Source: Vicugna vicugna (lineage: Eukaryota). From it: a stretch of DNA of 64,000 nucleotides. Positions 52,821 to 64,000 of this stretch are shown here, in pieces. Both the position numbers and the translations under genes were made by a program. A model generated the notes under the pieces. The model did not search any database, was not told the origin of the DNA, and saw nothing but the letters and a program-made list of their open reading frames with translations. Each line of letters starts with the position of its first letter. Positions within the stretch are counted from its first letter, which is position 1. Location: NCBI GenBank assembly GCA_013265495.1, contig MU058065.1, positions 3,823,003 through 3,887,002 of the forward strand, given 5' to 3'.

Positions 52821-53033
52821 ACCTTGCTCTGAGCTCTTTTTTCATATTCTCCCCATCCTCAAACCATGATATGAAGATAAAAATGTTTCTCTATGCTGAG
52901 CTGTAGATATATGGGTCAAGTCTTAGGTAAATGAATTGCACAAAATAATAAAGGCAAAAAAAAGCAGGCTCTCAGATGTTGGAGTGTCTTATTTGAGGCT
53001 GGGTGTTACTAGCCAGAGAGCTAAAACAATTTG

Positions 53034-53095
53034 AAATTGACACATTGTAACTGACTATACATCAGTAAAATAAATAAATAAATAAATAAATAAAT
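53034..53095 (+). mobile_element. Ultra-short L1 3'-end insertion with (TAAA)n tail
   Basis: TSD AAAACAATTTG at 53023-53033 and 53096-53106; insert AAATTGACACATTGTAACTGACTATACATCAG plus TAAA repeats. Confidence 0.9.
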
Positions 53096-55214
53096 AAAAC
53101 AATTTGGGTAGAAATGGGGTAGAGAGGAGGATTTGATTTAGTTTAGTTTACATACAAGTTTTAATGTTGCTCTACATATTCCAAAGAATGACGTAAGGTG
53201 TTCTCTGAGAGGTGTTGGAGTCGATGGAGTTGTGAGCTCTCTCACATTCCTCCCCTGTGCTGAGAACATTCCAGTGTTCACTGAAGAGCTCCTCTGTGGG
53301 GGCTACTACTTCCATAAAAAGGGGAGTCATTGCAGAAATCTGCCCTCTTTGGCCAGAAATCCTGGGTGAGGAGTTGCTTAAAGGGTTTTCAAGTCTGCCT
53401 TACTTTATAGATAGAATGATAAAAGGACCTCGTTTGAAGGCAAGGGGCCTTCAAAGTTAAATAAGTTTATATTTCTTTTATAATATGCTTGCTTATCAGG
53501 GAAAAAAGTAGAACATTTTAAAAGTAGAGGGAAGAACAGCAGCTTCTCATAAGCTTACCACCCAAGGGTAGTCAGTGATAGAACGGTTGTGAATTTCACG
53601 GCTGCCCCGGTGATGGTTGAATGAGAAGCCCTGAGCTATTGCACACTCACCTCCCCCATCAGGCATGATGGGTGAGGAGGATGCATTGGGGTGTTGGAGA
53701 CTCGCTATGGGTTGCAGAGACTTGGTTCCTTTCCTTCCACGTTAGCCTGGCTCTAACTGATTCGTCATCTTGGCTCAGAGTGATGGGTAATACTCACCTC
53801 CTTTGCTCTCACCTTATGGCCCTTGTCTCTTGAGCACATGTGCAGCCTGCTTGTCTGCTGGTTCCTGTCAGTTTTATGTGTGGCTGTGCGGGTGTGCCAG
53901 TCCCCTCAGGGCTTGCTGGCTCACACACAGTCTGTATGGATTCTTGGAGAAGTTTCCATAGGGAGGGTATGATGGAGCAGGGCAGAGCTCTCATGGTGCC
54001 AGAGCTTCAGAAAACGTTTGATAAGCCTTTCCATTTAGACTAGCTGAACTAACATTTCTCACAGGACATAAAATTTCTCAACACAGTCAGACACAATTCC
54101 ATGAGAACTGAGATTTAACAGGACAAGTTCCTTTCTCTCTATGCCAGGGAGGGCACAGAGCTGGTTCCTTGCAATTATGGGAAAGACAAACCACTGGAAT
54201 TTACTGAGAGGGCTGTGGCTAACAGTATAGGCTTTTAATTAAATAATGCATGCTGGACTGGGCTGGTGAACACAGGAAGATCTTCCAAGCATGCCTTCCT
54301 TACCAAACTTCTTACTGTGGAGAAATCTGGGTCTGGGCAGAGAGAAAACAAACAAATAAACAAATTGCAATGAAATTGTGAATAAAAACCTTAGAGTTCT
54401 CATATTCCTCTTAATTCAGAACTCTCCTCTATTTGTGTATCTCTTTTCTTCTCCCTGAATTGGAATACTCAAAAATGAGATTCTTCAGGAACGTAGAAGC
54501 CCTACTGTGAGAACGTTATGGCTGATAATTTTAGCTTAGCTCTCCTAAGTAAGACACAAAACAAAGGACACACTCATGAGATAGCTGGAAAGAAGGGGGA
54601 TGACCAGACCGAGGGGAAATGAGCTCAAGACTTGACCGGTCAAAGACCTTCACTTCCCCAGATTCCACCATCTTTTAAAATCTCTTTAACACCCACATGG
54701 ACATCCAGTTTAACAGTCTGGACTCTCAAGTTGTGGAATCCTTCCCAGTTAACCATCATCTCCAATGATCTTCAGACTTTCAACCATAGGGCCAAAATTT
54801 GTAGCTTATGATCTCTCCAAGTTGTTCCACATGTGAGATGTTGCACTGAAAGACCCTATTTTAACCATCACCTTTTATCCTAAAAGCTCTCTTACTTAGC
54901 TACTCATATAGCCCCTGTGCTCAGATCTTACTGAGATTTCCAAAATTCCAAGTCCGTTTTCACTACCCAACTATCTCCTGCCTGTCCTTCCTTCCCTACT
55001 CAGTGTCTAGGGTCCATCTCTGTTATCATTCTCTTATCATTTCATCTTACCTCTTATTCTCTTATTTTCCTAATACATCTGCCTGTGAAAAACGCAAATC
55101 TAGAATGCTGTGTTAACAGTGCCAGTAGCTAGACTAAAGAGATTGGAGAAGGAAATCTACACACCAACAAAGATCTGTGTCCATACATTCTCAGTCATAA
55201 ACCCAGCTCAAGGG

Positions 55215-55430
55215 GATTAGTGTAGTGGTTAAAGAAATGACTCTGAGATCAGACTGACTAGATTCAAATCCCAGTTTACCATTACCAGAAGTGAGACCCA
55301 AGGCAACTTAATCAATTTTTTTTTATTTCTGTGACTCCATTTCCTTATTTGTATGATAGGAATATAAAAGCCATTGCCTCAGTATCCGTTGTGGTTATTA
55401 AATGTCATGCACAGAGAGCAGTATCTGCTA
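55215..55430 (+). mobile_element. MIR (adjacent to L2 remnant ~54650-55200)
   Basis: AGTGTAGTGGTTAAAGAAATGACTCTGAGATCAGACTGACTAGATTCAAATCCCAGTTTACC. Confidence 0.75.
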
Positions 55431-56129
55431 TGAACATTTAAACCCATCATCATCTATCTTACTTTCACAAATGATACTTTCCACTTCATAAAGAAAAAAA
55501 GAAGCCATTAAGTGAGAGAATCTCATCATAGATTTATAAAAATTCAAGGAGCTGTTATTGTCTTTAATTTGAAAGATTTATGATAATATTCTAGGACATG
55601 CAGAAAATAATCTTGACATTGTTCTACTCTTCATGTCCAGAGGGGGAATAAAGTACCTTATAGACTATGAAGCTGGCATTCCCATCATTTACAATGATAA
55701 TATTAATCTGACAAATATGTATTGAGTAGGTATTTGGTTGTAGACACACGGCTGGGCAAAATAAGGGATACATGGGAAAGTGGAATGGATATCATCAGGG
55801 GCTGGATTTTTCTTGAATGTCTAAATCTTGTCAGTTCCAATTTGATAAAGAATTTCATGTGCTTTTTAATTTTATCCTTTCTTTTTCCATCTTGAAAAAA
55901 ATTTACGTCTCCCCCAATGTTTATAACTCCATTTGAGAGGTTCGCTGCTGGACAAATCACTTTTAAAAGAACCAAACATGTCCAGATATGAAATGGAAAT
56001 GAGCTATGTGCACTAAAGTAGACGACAACTCTTACTCTCTTTAAAATTCAGATGTTTGAACAATAAAAATGGAGACCATGGAACCAGAAAATTTCAACTT
56101 GGGAGCAAATCAATTGATACACTTGGATA

Positions 56130-57150
56130 CGCTTTTCTTTGGAAACTAGCCAAAGATTTACAGCAAAGAAACAGTCAAGAAAAAGGTGGGTGAATCTCAG
56201 TAGGGGAGCCTTGTGGTGTTTTAACTTACATTGGCCCCAACACGCCTCCATAGCTCAGGAGTAATCTTGAAGATGGCAGCCTGCACTCCTGCTGTGGGTT
56301 CCTGGTGCTGGCTGAAGAAAAGAAAGTTATCAAAGAATTACAATTGTGGGTTTGACCTATCTGGTGGCTCCCTGAAGGGCTAGCTCAGGGGGCACACCTT
56401 TATTTTACCTAACTCAGAAATCTCCCAGATAGCCAAAATAATCTTGAAAAAGAAGAATAATGTTGGGAGACACATATTTCATGACTTCAAAACATACTAC
56501 AAGCTTCAATAATCAAAACAATGTGATACTGGTCTAAGGATAGACATATAGATCAATGAAATGAAATTGAAAGTTCAGAAATAAACCCGTATACTTATGG
56601 TTAATTCATTTTTGACAAGGCTGCCAGGACCATTCACTGTGAAAGAATAGTCTTCCACAAATAGTGCTAGGACAACTTGATACCCACATGCAAAAGAATG
56701 AAGCTAGACTCTTACCTCACACCATATACAGAAATCAGCTCAAAATGGATCAAAGATCTAAACTTAAGAGCTAAAAGTCTAAAACCCTTAGAAGTAAGCC
56801 TAGGTGTAAATGTTCATGACCTTGGATTTGTTACATCTATACAATGGAGTACTATTAGGCCATAAAAGGGATGAAATACTGATTCCATCCGTGCTACAAC
56901 ATGGATGAATCTCGAAAAAAAGTATTTCAAACAAAAGAAGACAGATATAAAAAAAAATTGCATGATTCCATTTATAAGAAGTGACTGTTTAATGGGAACA
57001 GAGTATCTGTTTTGGGTGATGAAAATGAGAATTTGTGGAATGATTTCCTAATGTTGTGAATGTACTGGATGCCGCTGAATTGTACATTGAAAAATGGTTA
57101 AAATAGTGAATTTTATGTCTTACAAATTTTACCTTAATTAAAAAAAACCA
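56130..57150 (+). mobile_element. Old L1 (L1MB-like) with 5'-end-like sequence joined directly to ORF2 C-terminal and 3'UTR segments
   Basis: ORF 56677-56865 [25 protein letters not shown] is L1 ORF2; 56130-56428 resembles recalled L1M2/M3 5' end; L1MB-type end TGAATTGTACATTGAAAAATGGTTAAAAT. Confidence 0.7.
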
Positions 57151-57399
57151 GGGACACACTAAAAAAAAAAGAATGCTTCAGATAAGCAAAAATAAAATAA
57201 AGATTTAAAAATGGACTAAAATTATCTAGACTTTGTTGTTGAGTGATAGTCCTCAAACAAAACCCTTTATGTTTCTTCAGTAATCCAGCCTTTGCAGTAG
57301 AGGCATGCAACATGCTGCTAAAATTAACACAATTTCCTTGTGAAATTACATTCGCAGAACTATAGATGTGCTTTCAGTTGTCTTGTATTCCTTCTGGAT

Positions 57400-57900
57400 A
57401 GCACACAATCATATATTATGCCAGGAGCTGCAATAATTTAATCAATATTATAATTAAACAGTCCCCACTATATTTATAAACTATGGCGTTGACAACTGGC
57501 TTTTAAAGAGTCTAGAGTTTAATAGTTTTTTGCATCATTTACAGTTCCCCTGCACCACTGACATGATGAATTAGCACCGCCACAATAAGAAATTATGTCT
57601 TCTGCAGAATCCACCCTGTATTGGGGAAAATTGATTATATTTCCCTGGGGAGGTTAGGTCTCATAATGCAAATGTTAATTAATTTTTTGTATTAAAAGCT
57701 AAATACAAAGATTGAATCACTTTTACTAGGAACTTCTTTTAATGAATTCACTGCCCTTTGAACCCAAACAGTTTATCTTTTTGTGCATACATCCTATTAA
57801 AGAACAAAACAATTGATTGTGCAATCATCAAAACGGAGTCTCCCTACTAGGTTATAGAGATATGCTGCGATGGCTTCTCAATAGCTGTTAAATTTAATCT
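57400..57900. promoter_or_regulatory. Candidate enhancer (octamer, SOX, C/EBP, homeodomain motifs)
   Basis: ATGCAAAT 57666-57673 next to TTAATTAA; AACAAAACAAT near 57803; ATTGTGCAAT 57816-57825. Confidence 0.35.
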
Positions 57901-58455
57901 CAGACTTTTAGTGGGTTTCCTTCCCTTGATTTTCCTCTTTTCTTCTCTCTCTTTCTCTTTGAAAAATAATTTGAAGAATAAGTCAGGAAGTTAAAATGAA
58001 TAGCATCATTTTACCTTTTAATGTGAGGGTTTAGAGTGGAATGAGACTACATATGCTATTTATTTCAAATATATTGTACTAGAAAAGCATTATGTCAAAA
58101 ACCATTATGGTTATGTAGATGGTGGAACAGTCTATAATTAAAGTAGAGAACTTCTAGGACATATTTCACAGGCTTTTCTGGGTAATGAAAGTTCATGATT
58201 CTAATGGAGACCAACTTGTATGTATTTTACCAGAAATTTCACTGGAAATGTAAATTAAAATGTAGCAATGGTGATCTGCAGTTGACTGGTCTTTGCAATA
58301 ACCAGGTCTGTCTTCAAGATGTGCAGAGTTGTGAAACTCTGTTATGATCGAGCATTTCTTTGTTAAGACTCTTTTTTAATTAATTTGATGAAACATTGGT
58401 TACCATCCTCTATAAGACAAGATTTCTGGGACTAAATGTATCTTATTCAATTCCC

Positions 58456-58743
58456 CCCAGTCCAAAAATGGGCAGAAGACCTAAACAAGCAATTCCCCAA
58501 GGAAGAAATACAAAAGATCATTAAGCACATGAAAAAATGCTCAATAACACTAATTATCAGAGAAATGCAAATCAAAACTACAATGAGGTATCACCTCACA
58601 CCAGTCAGAATGGCCATCACTCAAAAGTCCACAAATGACAAATGCTGGAGAGGCTGTGGAGAAAAGGGAACCCTCCTACACTGCTGGTGGGAATGCAGTT
58701 TGGTGCAGCCACTGGAAAACAGGATGGAGATTCCTCAAAAGAC
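58456..58743 (+). mobile_element. Isolated L1 ORF2 fragment with no tail or TSD; inverted near-copy of 59742-60031
   Basis: Translates [11 protein letters not shown]...[19 protein letters not shown]; manual alignment shows 3 substitutions and one 2-bp indel. Confidence 0.9.
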
Positions 58744-59082
58744 TTTGCCATGGTGTATTTTCTTAATGTTGTTTCTGTCTTCTTTTAAAATTTTTGTCAG
58801 CCTGCAATTAGTTTGAAAAAATCTCATTAGGTATCAAATGAGAAAATCGTTAAATGTGCTCACTTCAGATAGCTTGCCATCCTTTGAAATCTACATTACT
58901 TGGAGTGTTTCACTTCAGAGCCCAGTACTAACCAGGCCATTAGAGGAGGCTTCATCAAGGGAGCATCTCTTCTTTCTGCAAATATGTGACTCATCTGTGT
59001 ATGTTGATGATGATAAACATTTTGGGCCCCCAATTTTGGATTAATTATCTCAAGGCAATTTTCCTTGACTGTATTAATGATT

Positions 59083-60461
59083 TTATTTTTTTAAAACATT
59101 TTTATTGAGTTATAGTCATTTTACAATGTTGTGTCAAATTCCAGTGTAGAGCACAGTTTTTCAGTTATGCATGAACATACATATATTCATTGTCACATTT
59201 TTCTTCGCTGTGAGCTACCACAAGATCTTGTATATATTTCCCTGTGCTATACAGTATAATCTTGTTTATCTATTCTACATATGCTTGTCAGTATCTACAA
59301 ATTTTGAACTCCCAGTCTGTCCCTTCCCACCACCCAGCCCCCTGGCAATCACAAGTTTGTATTCTATGCCTGAGTCTTTTTCTGTTTTGTATTTATGTTC
59401 AATTTTTTTTTTAGATTTCACATATGAGCAATCTCATATGGTATTTTTCTTTCTCTTTCTTGCTTACTTCACTTAGAATGACATTCTCCAGGGACATCCA
59501 TGTTGCTGCAAATGGCGTTATGTTGTCATTTTTATGGCTTAATAGTATTCCATTGTATAAATATACCATAGCTTCTTTATCCAGTCATCTGTTGATGGAT
59601 ATTTAGGCTGTTTCCATGTCTTGGCTATTGTAAATAGTGCTGCTATGAACATTGGGGTGCAGGTGTCTTTTTGAAGTAGAGTTCCTTCTGGATATATGCC
59701 CAGCAGCGGGATTCTTGGGTCATAGAGTAAGTCTATTCCTCGTCTTTTGAGGAATCTCCATACTGTTTTCCACAGTGGCTGCACCAAACTGCATTCCCAC
59801 CAGCAGTGTAGGAGGGTTCCCTTTTCTCCACAGCCTCTCCAGCATTTGTCATTTGTGGACTTTTGAATAATGGCCATTCTGACTGGTGTGAGGTGATACC
59901 TCATTGTAGTTTTGATTTGCATTTCTCTGATAATTAGTGTTATTGAGCATTTTTTCATGTGCTTAATGATCTTTTGTATTTCTTCCTTGGGGAATTGCTT
60001 GTTTAGGTCTTCTGCCCATTTTTGGACTGGGTTGTTTGTTTTTTTCTTATTAAGTCATATGAGCTGCTTATTTTTCTGGAGATCAAGCCTTTGTCGGTTT
60101 CATTGTTTGCAAAAATGTTCTCCCATTCCATAGGTTGTCGTTTTGTTTTACTTACGATTTCCTTTGCTGTGCAGAAGCTTGTAAGTTGAATTAGGTCCCA
60201 TTTGTTTATTCTTGCTTTTATTTCTATTGCTTGGGTAGACTGCCCTAGGAGAACATTGTTGATATGTATGTCAGATAATGTTTTGCATATATTTTCTTCT
60301 AGGAGGCTTTTTGTATCTTGTCTTATGTTTAAGTCTTTGATCCATTTTGAGTTGATTTTTGTGTATGTGTAAGGGAGTGTTCTAGCTTCATTGATTTGTA
60401 TGCTGCTGTCCAATTTTTCCAACACCATTTGCTGAAGAGAATATCTTTATTTCATTGTATA
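59083..60461 (-). mobile_element. Young 5'-truncated L1 (~1.4 kb)
   Basis: T-rich tail from 59081, full 3'UTR, ORF2 C-terminus; possible TSD TATTAAT(G/T)ATT 59072-59082 and 60464-60474. Confidence 0.92.
59539..60428 (-). pseudogene. Disrupted LINE-1 ORF2 C-terminal region including the cysteine-rich CCHC motif
   Basis: Two ORFs in different frames (60003-60428, 59539-59958): [48 protein letters not shown]. Confidence 0.85.
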
Positions 60462-61457
60462 CTTATTAATTATTGATGTCTCATAATTAGTGAGACATAA
60501 TATGATGTCTCAGAGCTTTTTCTCTAATGCCTCTGTGTCATGGCCTCACTGGAACAAAATGACAACTTGGGTGGACTGTGTTTGGCATTATTCTTTCCAC
60601 CCACCATTCTCCTCTCTATCAGCATCTTCTCTGATTTCTTATCTTGGTGTCTAATACTTCTTGTTGCTTTACCACTCCCAGACTTCTTCAATATAATGTT
60701 CTACTCAGGCACATTTCATCCCAACAGTACCCGGCTTAGGGGCCCTAGAAGGTCTTCACCTCCCACCCTTGTCTTCCAACGCCCCAGAGAGGGGACAAAT
60801 TATAGCTTTCAAAAGCATGACAGTACATGAAGTCTACCTCATAAATTAGGAAATAGAAATCAGGGTTTTATTTGCTTTGCCGAGGATAGGATTGCACTTT
60901 TTAAAGAACACAGGGGAGGTGATAATAGCAAGTTTTAATAATGTATCATTAATTTATAAATATTTTCAGTCTCCTCCCTACTCTCTTACTCTAAGAAAGT
61001 CATCTCTCTGCTGGCTGAGTCAACTCCTGGTGTTTGGAGGAGCCGGGGGCAATGGGCAAACAGCAGCCAGAGATCTTAGATAAATTTATCTACATACTAA
61101 ATATATCTACATACTAAAAAGCTGAGCCAGAGAGGGGAAGGGTAAGAGACAAGAAAGTCTCCAAGTGCTGGGTTTGTGAGAATGCCGGGGAGCTTGGAGT
61201 TGTGCAGGCAGGGATACTGGAGTCGCTGTGGCATGTGTGTAAAATGGAGAGTGAAAGAGATGGGTATAAAGACTTTTAAGTTTTGTGTTACATGATAAAT
61301 GTGCTTTTTCTTTGATGGTTAAAATATATTGGAGTAGGGTGGATGCTTTTTGATTATTTTGAACGGTGAACTGATGTATCTCTGAATGGTAGTCAACCCA
61401 AGGTAGGGCTGGGACCACAGGTGATCCAGTTTTGTACCTTACAGGACTGTGATTATG

Positions 61458-61472
61458 AGCGCCCTCTTGTGG
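61458..61472 (-). promoter_or_regulatory. CTCF core motif
   Basis: Minus strand CCACAAGAGGGCGCT versus consensus CCASYAGRKGGCRS; CpG retained; non-repeat context. Confidence 0.55.
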
Positions 61473-61929
61473 GGAGCTTGACTACCACCTGGATGGGCAT
61501 ATTTTAGTACAATCCTCTGCCCTTCCCAAGTATCGTCTCAGGCTTTGACACTCTGATTGAAATTCAGATCCTTTCTCTTTGATCAGAATTACCTGTCCTT
61601 GACCAGTTTTTTGTTTGTTTGCTTGTTTGTTTTTAAGAATCTGCTTTCTGCTGCCTACCTGCTGGATTCATGTGGATTAATGGTTTTAATCAAGGTGACA
61701 AATTTTCCACCTGATTTGAGTTTCTAGAAAATGACTCAACTTAAAGTTTCCAATTGTGGAAATTACTGGTATCATAACTTGTCAATGACACTTGTTTTTC
61801 CCTGACCATCAAAATACATCAAATAGGAAACTGCTTTTACTTTGTGTATTGCTTCTTACCAGATTCTTTCTTCAAAGAGATTGAAGATGTGTTTCCTTCT
61901 GTATTTAGGAATTGGAGAGGCTATTCAGT

Positions 61930-62910
61930 TAAAGAGAAGTCAGAGTAAGACTCACACATGTGGTCAAAATTTGCTAAATATAGTATTTTGCTAAGTGCTG
62001 GAGTTGTGGTAGAATGCAAAAAGACAAGTTTCCTACCCTTAAAGAATCTGTAATTAAATATGAATGATGAGTAAAAACCAAATAACCACATGTGCAAGTG
62101 TATATTCATAAACTATGCTAAGTGGTATAGAGTTAAGAGAGGATGCTATGAGAGCAGGTAACAGAGGACCTGTTCTAGAAGTCAAGGAAGGCTTCTCTGA
62201 GAAAGTAACAATAAAGGCAAGATAGTATTTGTAGGTGTTAACTAGACAAAGGGGATGAAGGAGGAGTGATCCAGTCAGCCATAGGGAACAGCATGTGCAA
62301 AGGTCCTGAAGCAGGTCAGAGTAGAGAACATATCTTCAAGAAAAAGTGGGAAGTCAATTTGGCTGAAGACTTTGCAGTGGTAGAGAGGATGCCATGTGAG
62401 CTTGAAGAGACAGAGGGGGCAAAATCATGTTGCCTTTTGTGAACTACATAAAAGATTTTTCTTTTTCATAAGAGCTGGGGGAAGCCATGGATGTGTTTTA
62501 AGCAGGGAAATAGCACAATCACATTTGCTTTAAGAACATTAAGTGAAGAAGGATGAAAGCTGCGATGTGAGTTGGAGACTACAGAGGTGTGATGGCAGCT
62601 TGGTCTAGTTCTGTAATGTAGGTGACAGAATTAAGGAAAAGACTTGAAACATGTATGGGAGATAAAAACGTATAAGTCTGAATAATGAATGGAACAAGGG
62701 CATTAGGGAGGAGTAAGAGCCAAGGATAACTCCTAGGTTTCTGGCTTCTGCAGCTGAACAGAGAGTGGGGTCATTCACCAAGGCTTCAAACAATGGGAAA
62801 GACTAGATGGAGGAAGAAATGGGGATGGCGATGAGGCGGCATCATTAATGAGCTCCGTTTGGTCCTGCTGGACTTTCAACTGTCTTTGGGTTGCCCAAAT
62901 TGAGAGTGTA
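61930..62910 (-). mobile_element. L2 fragment
   Basis: GTCAAGGAAGGCTTCTCTGAGAAAGTAACA, GGGAACAGCATGTGCAAAGGTCCTGAAGCAGG, GGGAAGCCATGGATGTGTTTTAAGCAGGG. Confidence 0.8.
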
Positions 62911-63010
62911 CCATCTCTAGAGTGAACCTAATAATGTCTGTCCTATAGGATGTTTCTGTGTTTTCCAGGAGTATGTGAATCACAGTTCCTGTCACTGAGA
63001 AGGCCCTCAG

Positions 63011-63493
63011 GTGGTATGTGTGTGTGTATATATATATATATCCCCTCAGCCACAAAAAAGAATGAAATAATGCCATTTGCAGCAATATGGATGGACCTAG
63101 AGATGATCATATTAAGTGAAGAGAAAGACAAATATCATATGATGTCACTTATATGTGGAATCTAAAAAAAAAAATGATACAAATTCTATTTACAAACCTA
63201 AAACAGACTCATGAACATAAAAAACAATCTATGGTTACCAGAGGGGAAAGGGTGGGGAGGGATAAATTAGGGGTTGGGGATTAACAGACACATGTTACTA
63301 TTAATCAAATAGATGAACAACAAGGACCTATGGTATAGCACAAGGAACTCAGTTCCTTGTAATAACATATAATGGAAAAGAATCTGAAAAGAAAAAATAT
63401 ATATATATATGTGTATATGTATAACTAAATCAATTTGCTGTACACCTGAAACTAACATTGTAAATCAACTAGACTTCAATACATTTTTTTAAA
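63011..63493 (+). mobile_element. 5'-truncated L1 3' end with 11-bp TSD
   Basis: TSD AAGGCCCTCAG at 63000-63010 and 63494-63504; KKNEIMPFAAIWMDLE ORF2 tail and 3'UTR. Confidence 0.9.
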
Positions 63494-64000
63494 AAGGCCC
63501 TCAGTAAAGGTGAGGTGACTCCCTGAGGATGACATTATCTGTGCGTGTGCATATGTAATCTTGCATGCCTGTATGTAAATAATCACATCCATACTCTCCG
63601 TTTACATTTAAATTCAGCCGACATAAAGCTCCTGTTATACAGAGGATAGTTCTTGTGTTTCTTATAAACCTCTGAACTTCTGAGTAATTTAATTCCAAAT
63701 ACAAGATTGACAAGATAATATATCGCCAACTTGTGTTGTGCTATCTATTTCTGCCTTAACTGGATGGAGCCTATGAGTTCACAAAGTCAGTGAAAAATAA
63801 AAATAAAAAAAGATGGCATCCTGGTTCTAAATAATTACAGTATTTTAACTTTAATTTAATTACAGCGCACTGAGCAGTCGGCCTTTAAAGCTATGTAGTG
63901 ACTTGCCTCAGCGAGTTAGACGAATCGGTAAACCTCATTATACTCAACACATAAAGGGATACACGTCTCCCACTTTGTAACACTTCCTTAATGTGATCCC

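Noticed and set aside
1..64000. CRISPR-like array, NUMT, viral or prokaryotic insert, processed pseudogene of a host gene
   Set aside because: No regularly spaced repeats and no recognisable mitochondrial, viral or host coding sequence seen; short or diverged exons could still be missed without alignment

Overview
Mammalian non-coding genomic DNA, most likely camelid: a tRNA-Ala-derived Vic-1-type SINE lies at 12661-12908. The window looks like a large intron or gene desert. I can support no host protein-coding exon, functional RNA gene or CRISPR array. The only ORFs with recognisable protein homology are decayed LINE-1 ORF2 pieces. A large part of the window is interspersed repeat: young and old L1s, L2, MIR, MaLR/ERVL solo LTRs, and Tigger/hAT DNA transposons. 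Subfamily names are recalled from consensus sequences, not searched, and old-repeat boundaries are approximate. Between repeats are several motif-dense, enhancer-like unique islands and one strong CTCF motif. I found no convincing new biological system. The most interesting signals are unusual L1 architectures: a ~1 kb L1 keeping both termini with two microhomology deletions (46253-47269), a young/old L1 chimera inside one TSD (19341-19978), a twin-primed inverted L1 (24543-24840), a tail-less inverted near-identical copy of a neighbouring L1 (58456-58743), and a ~60 bp L1 insertion (53034-53095).
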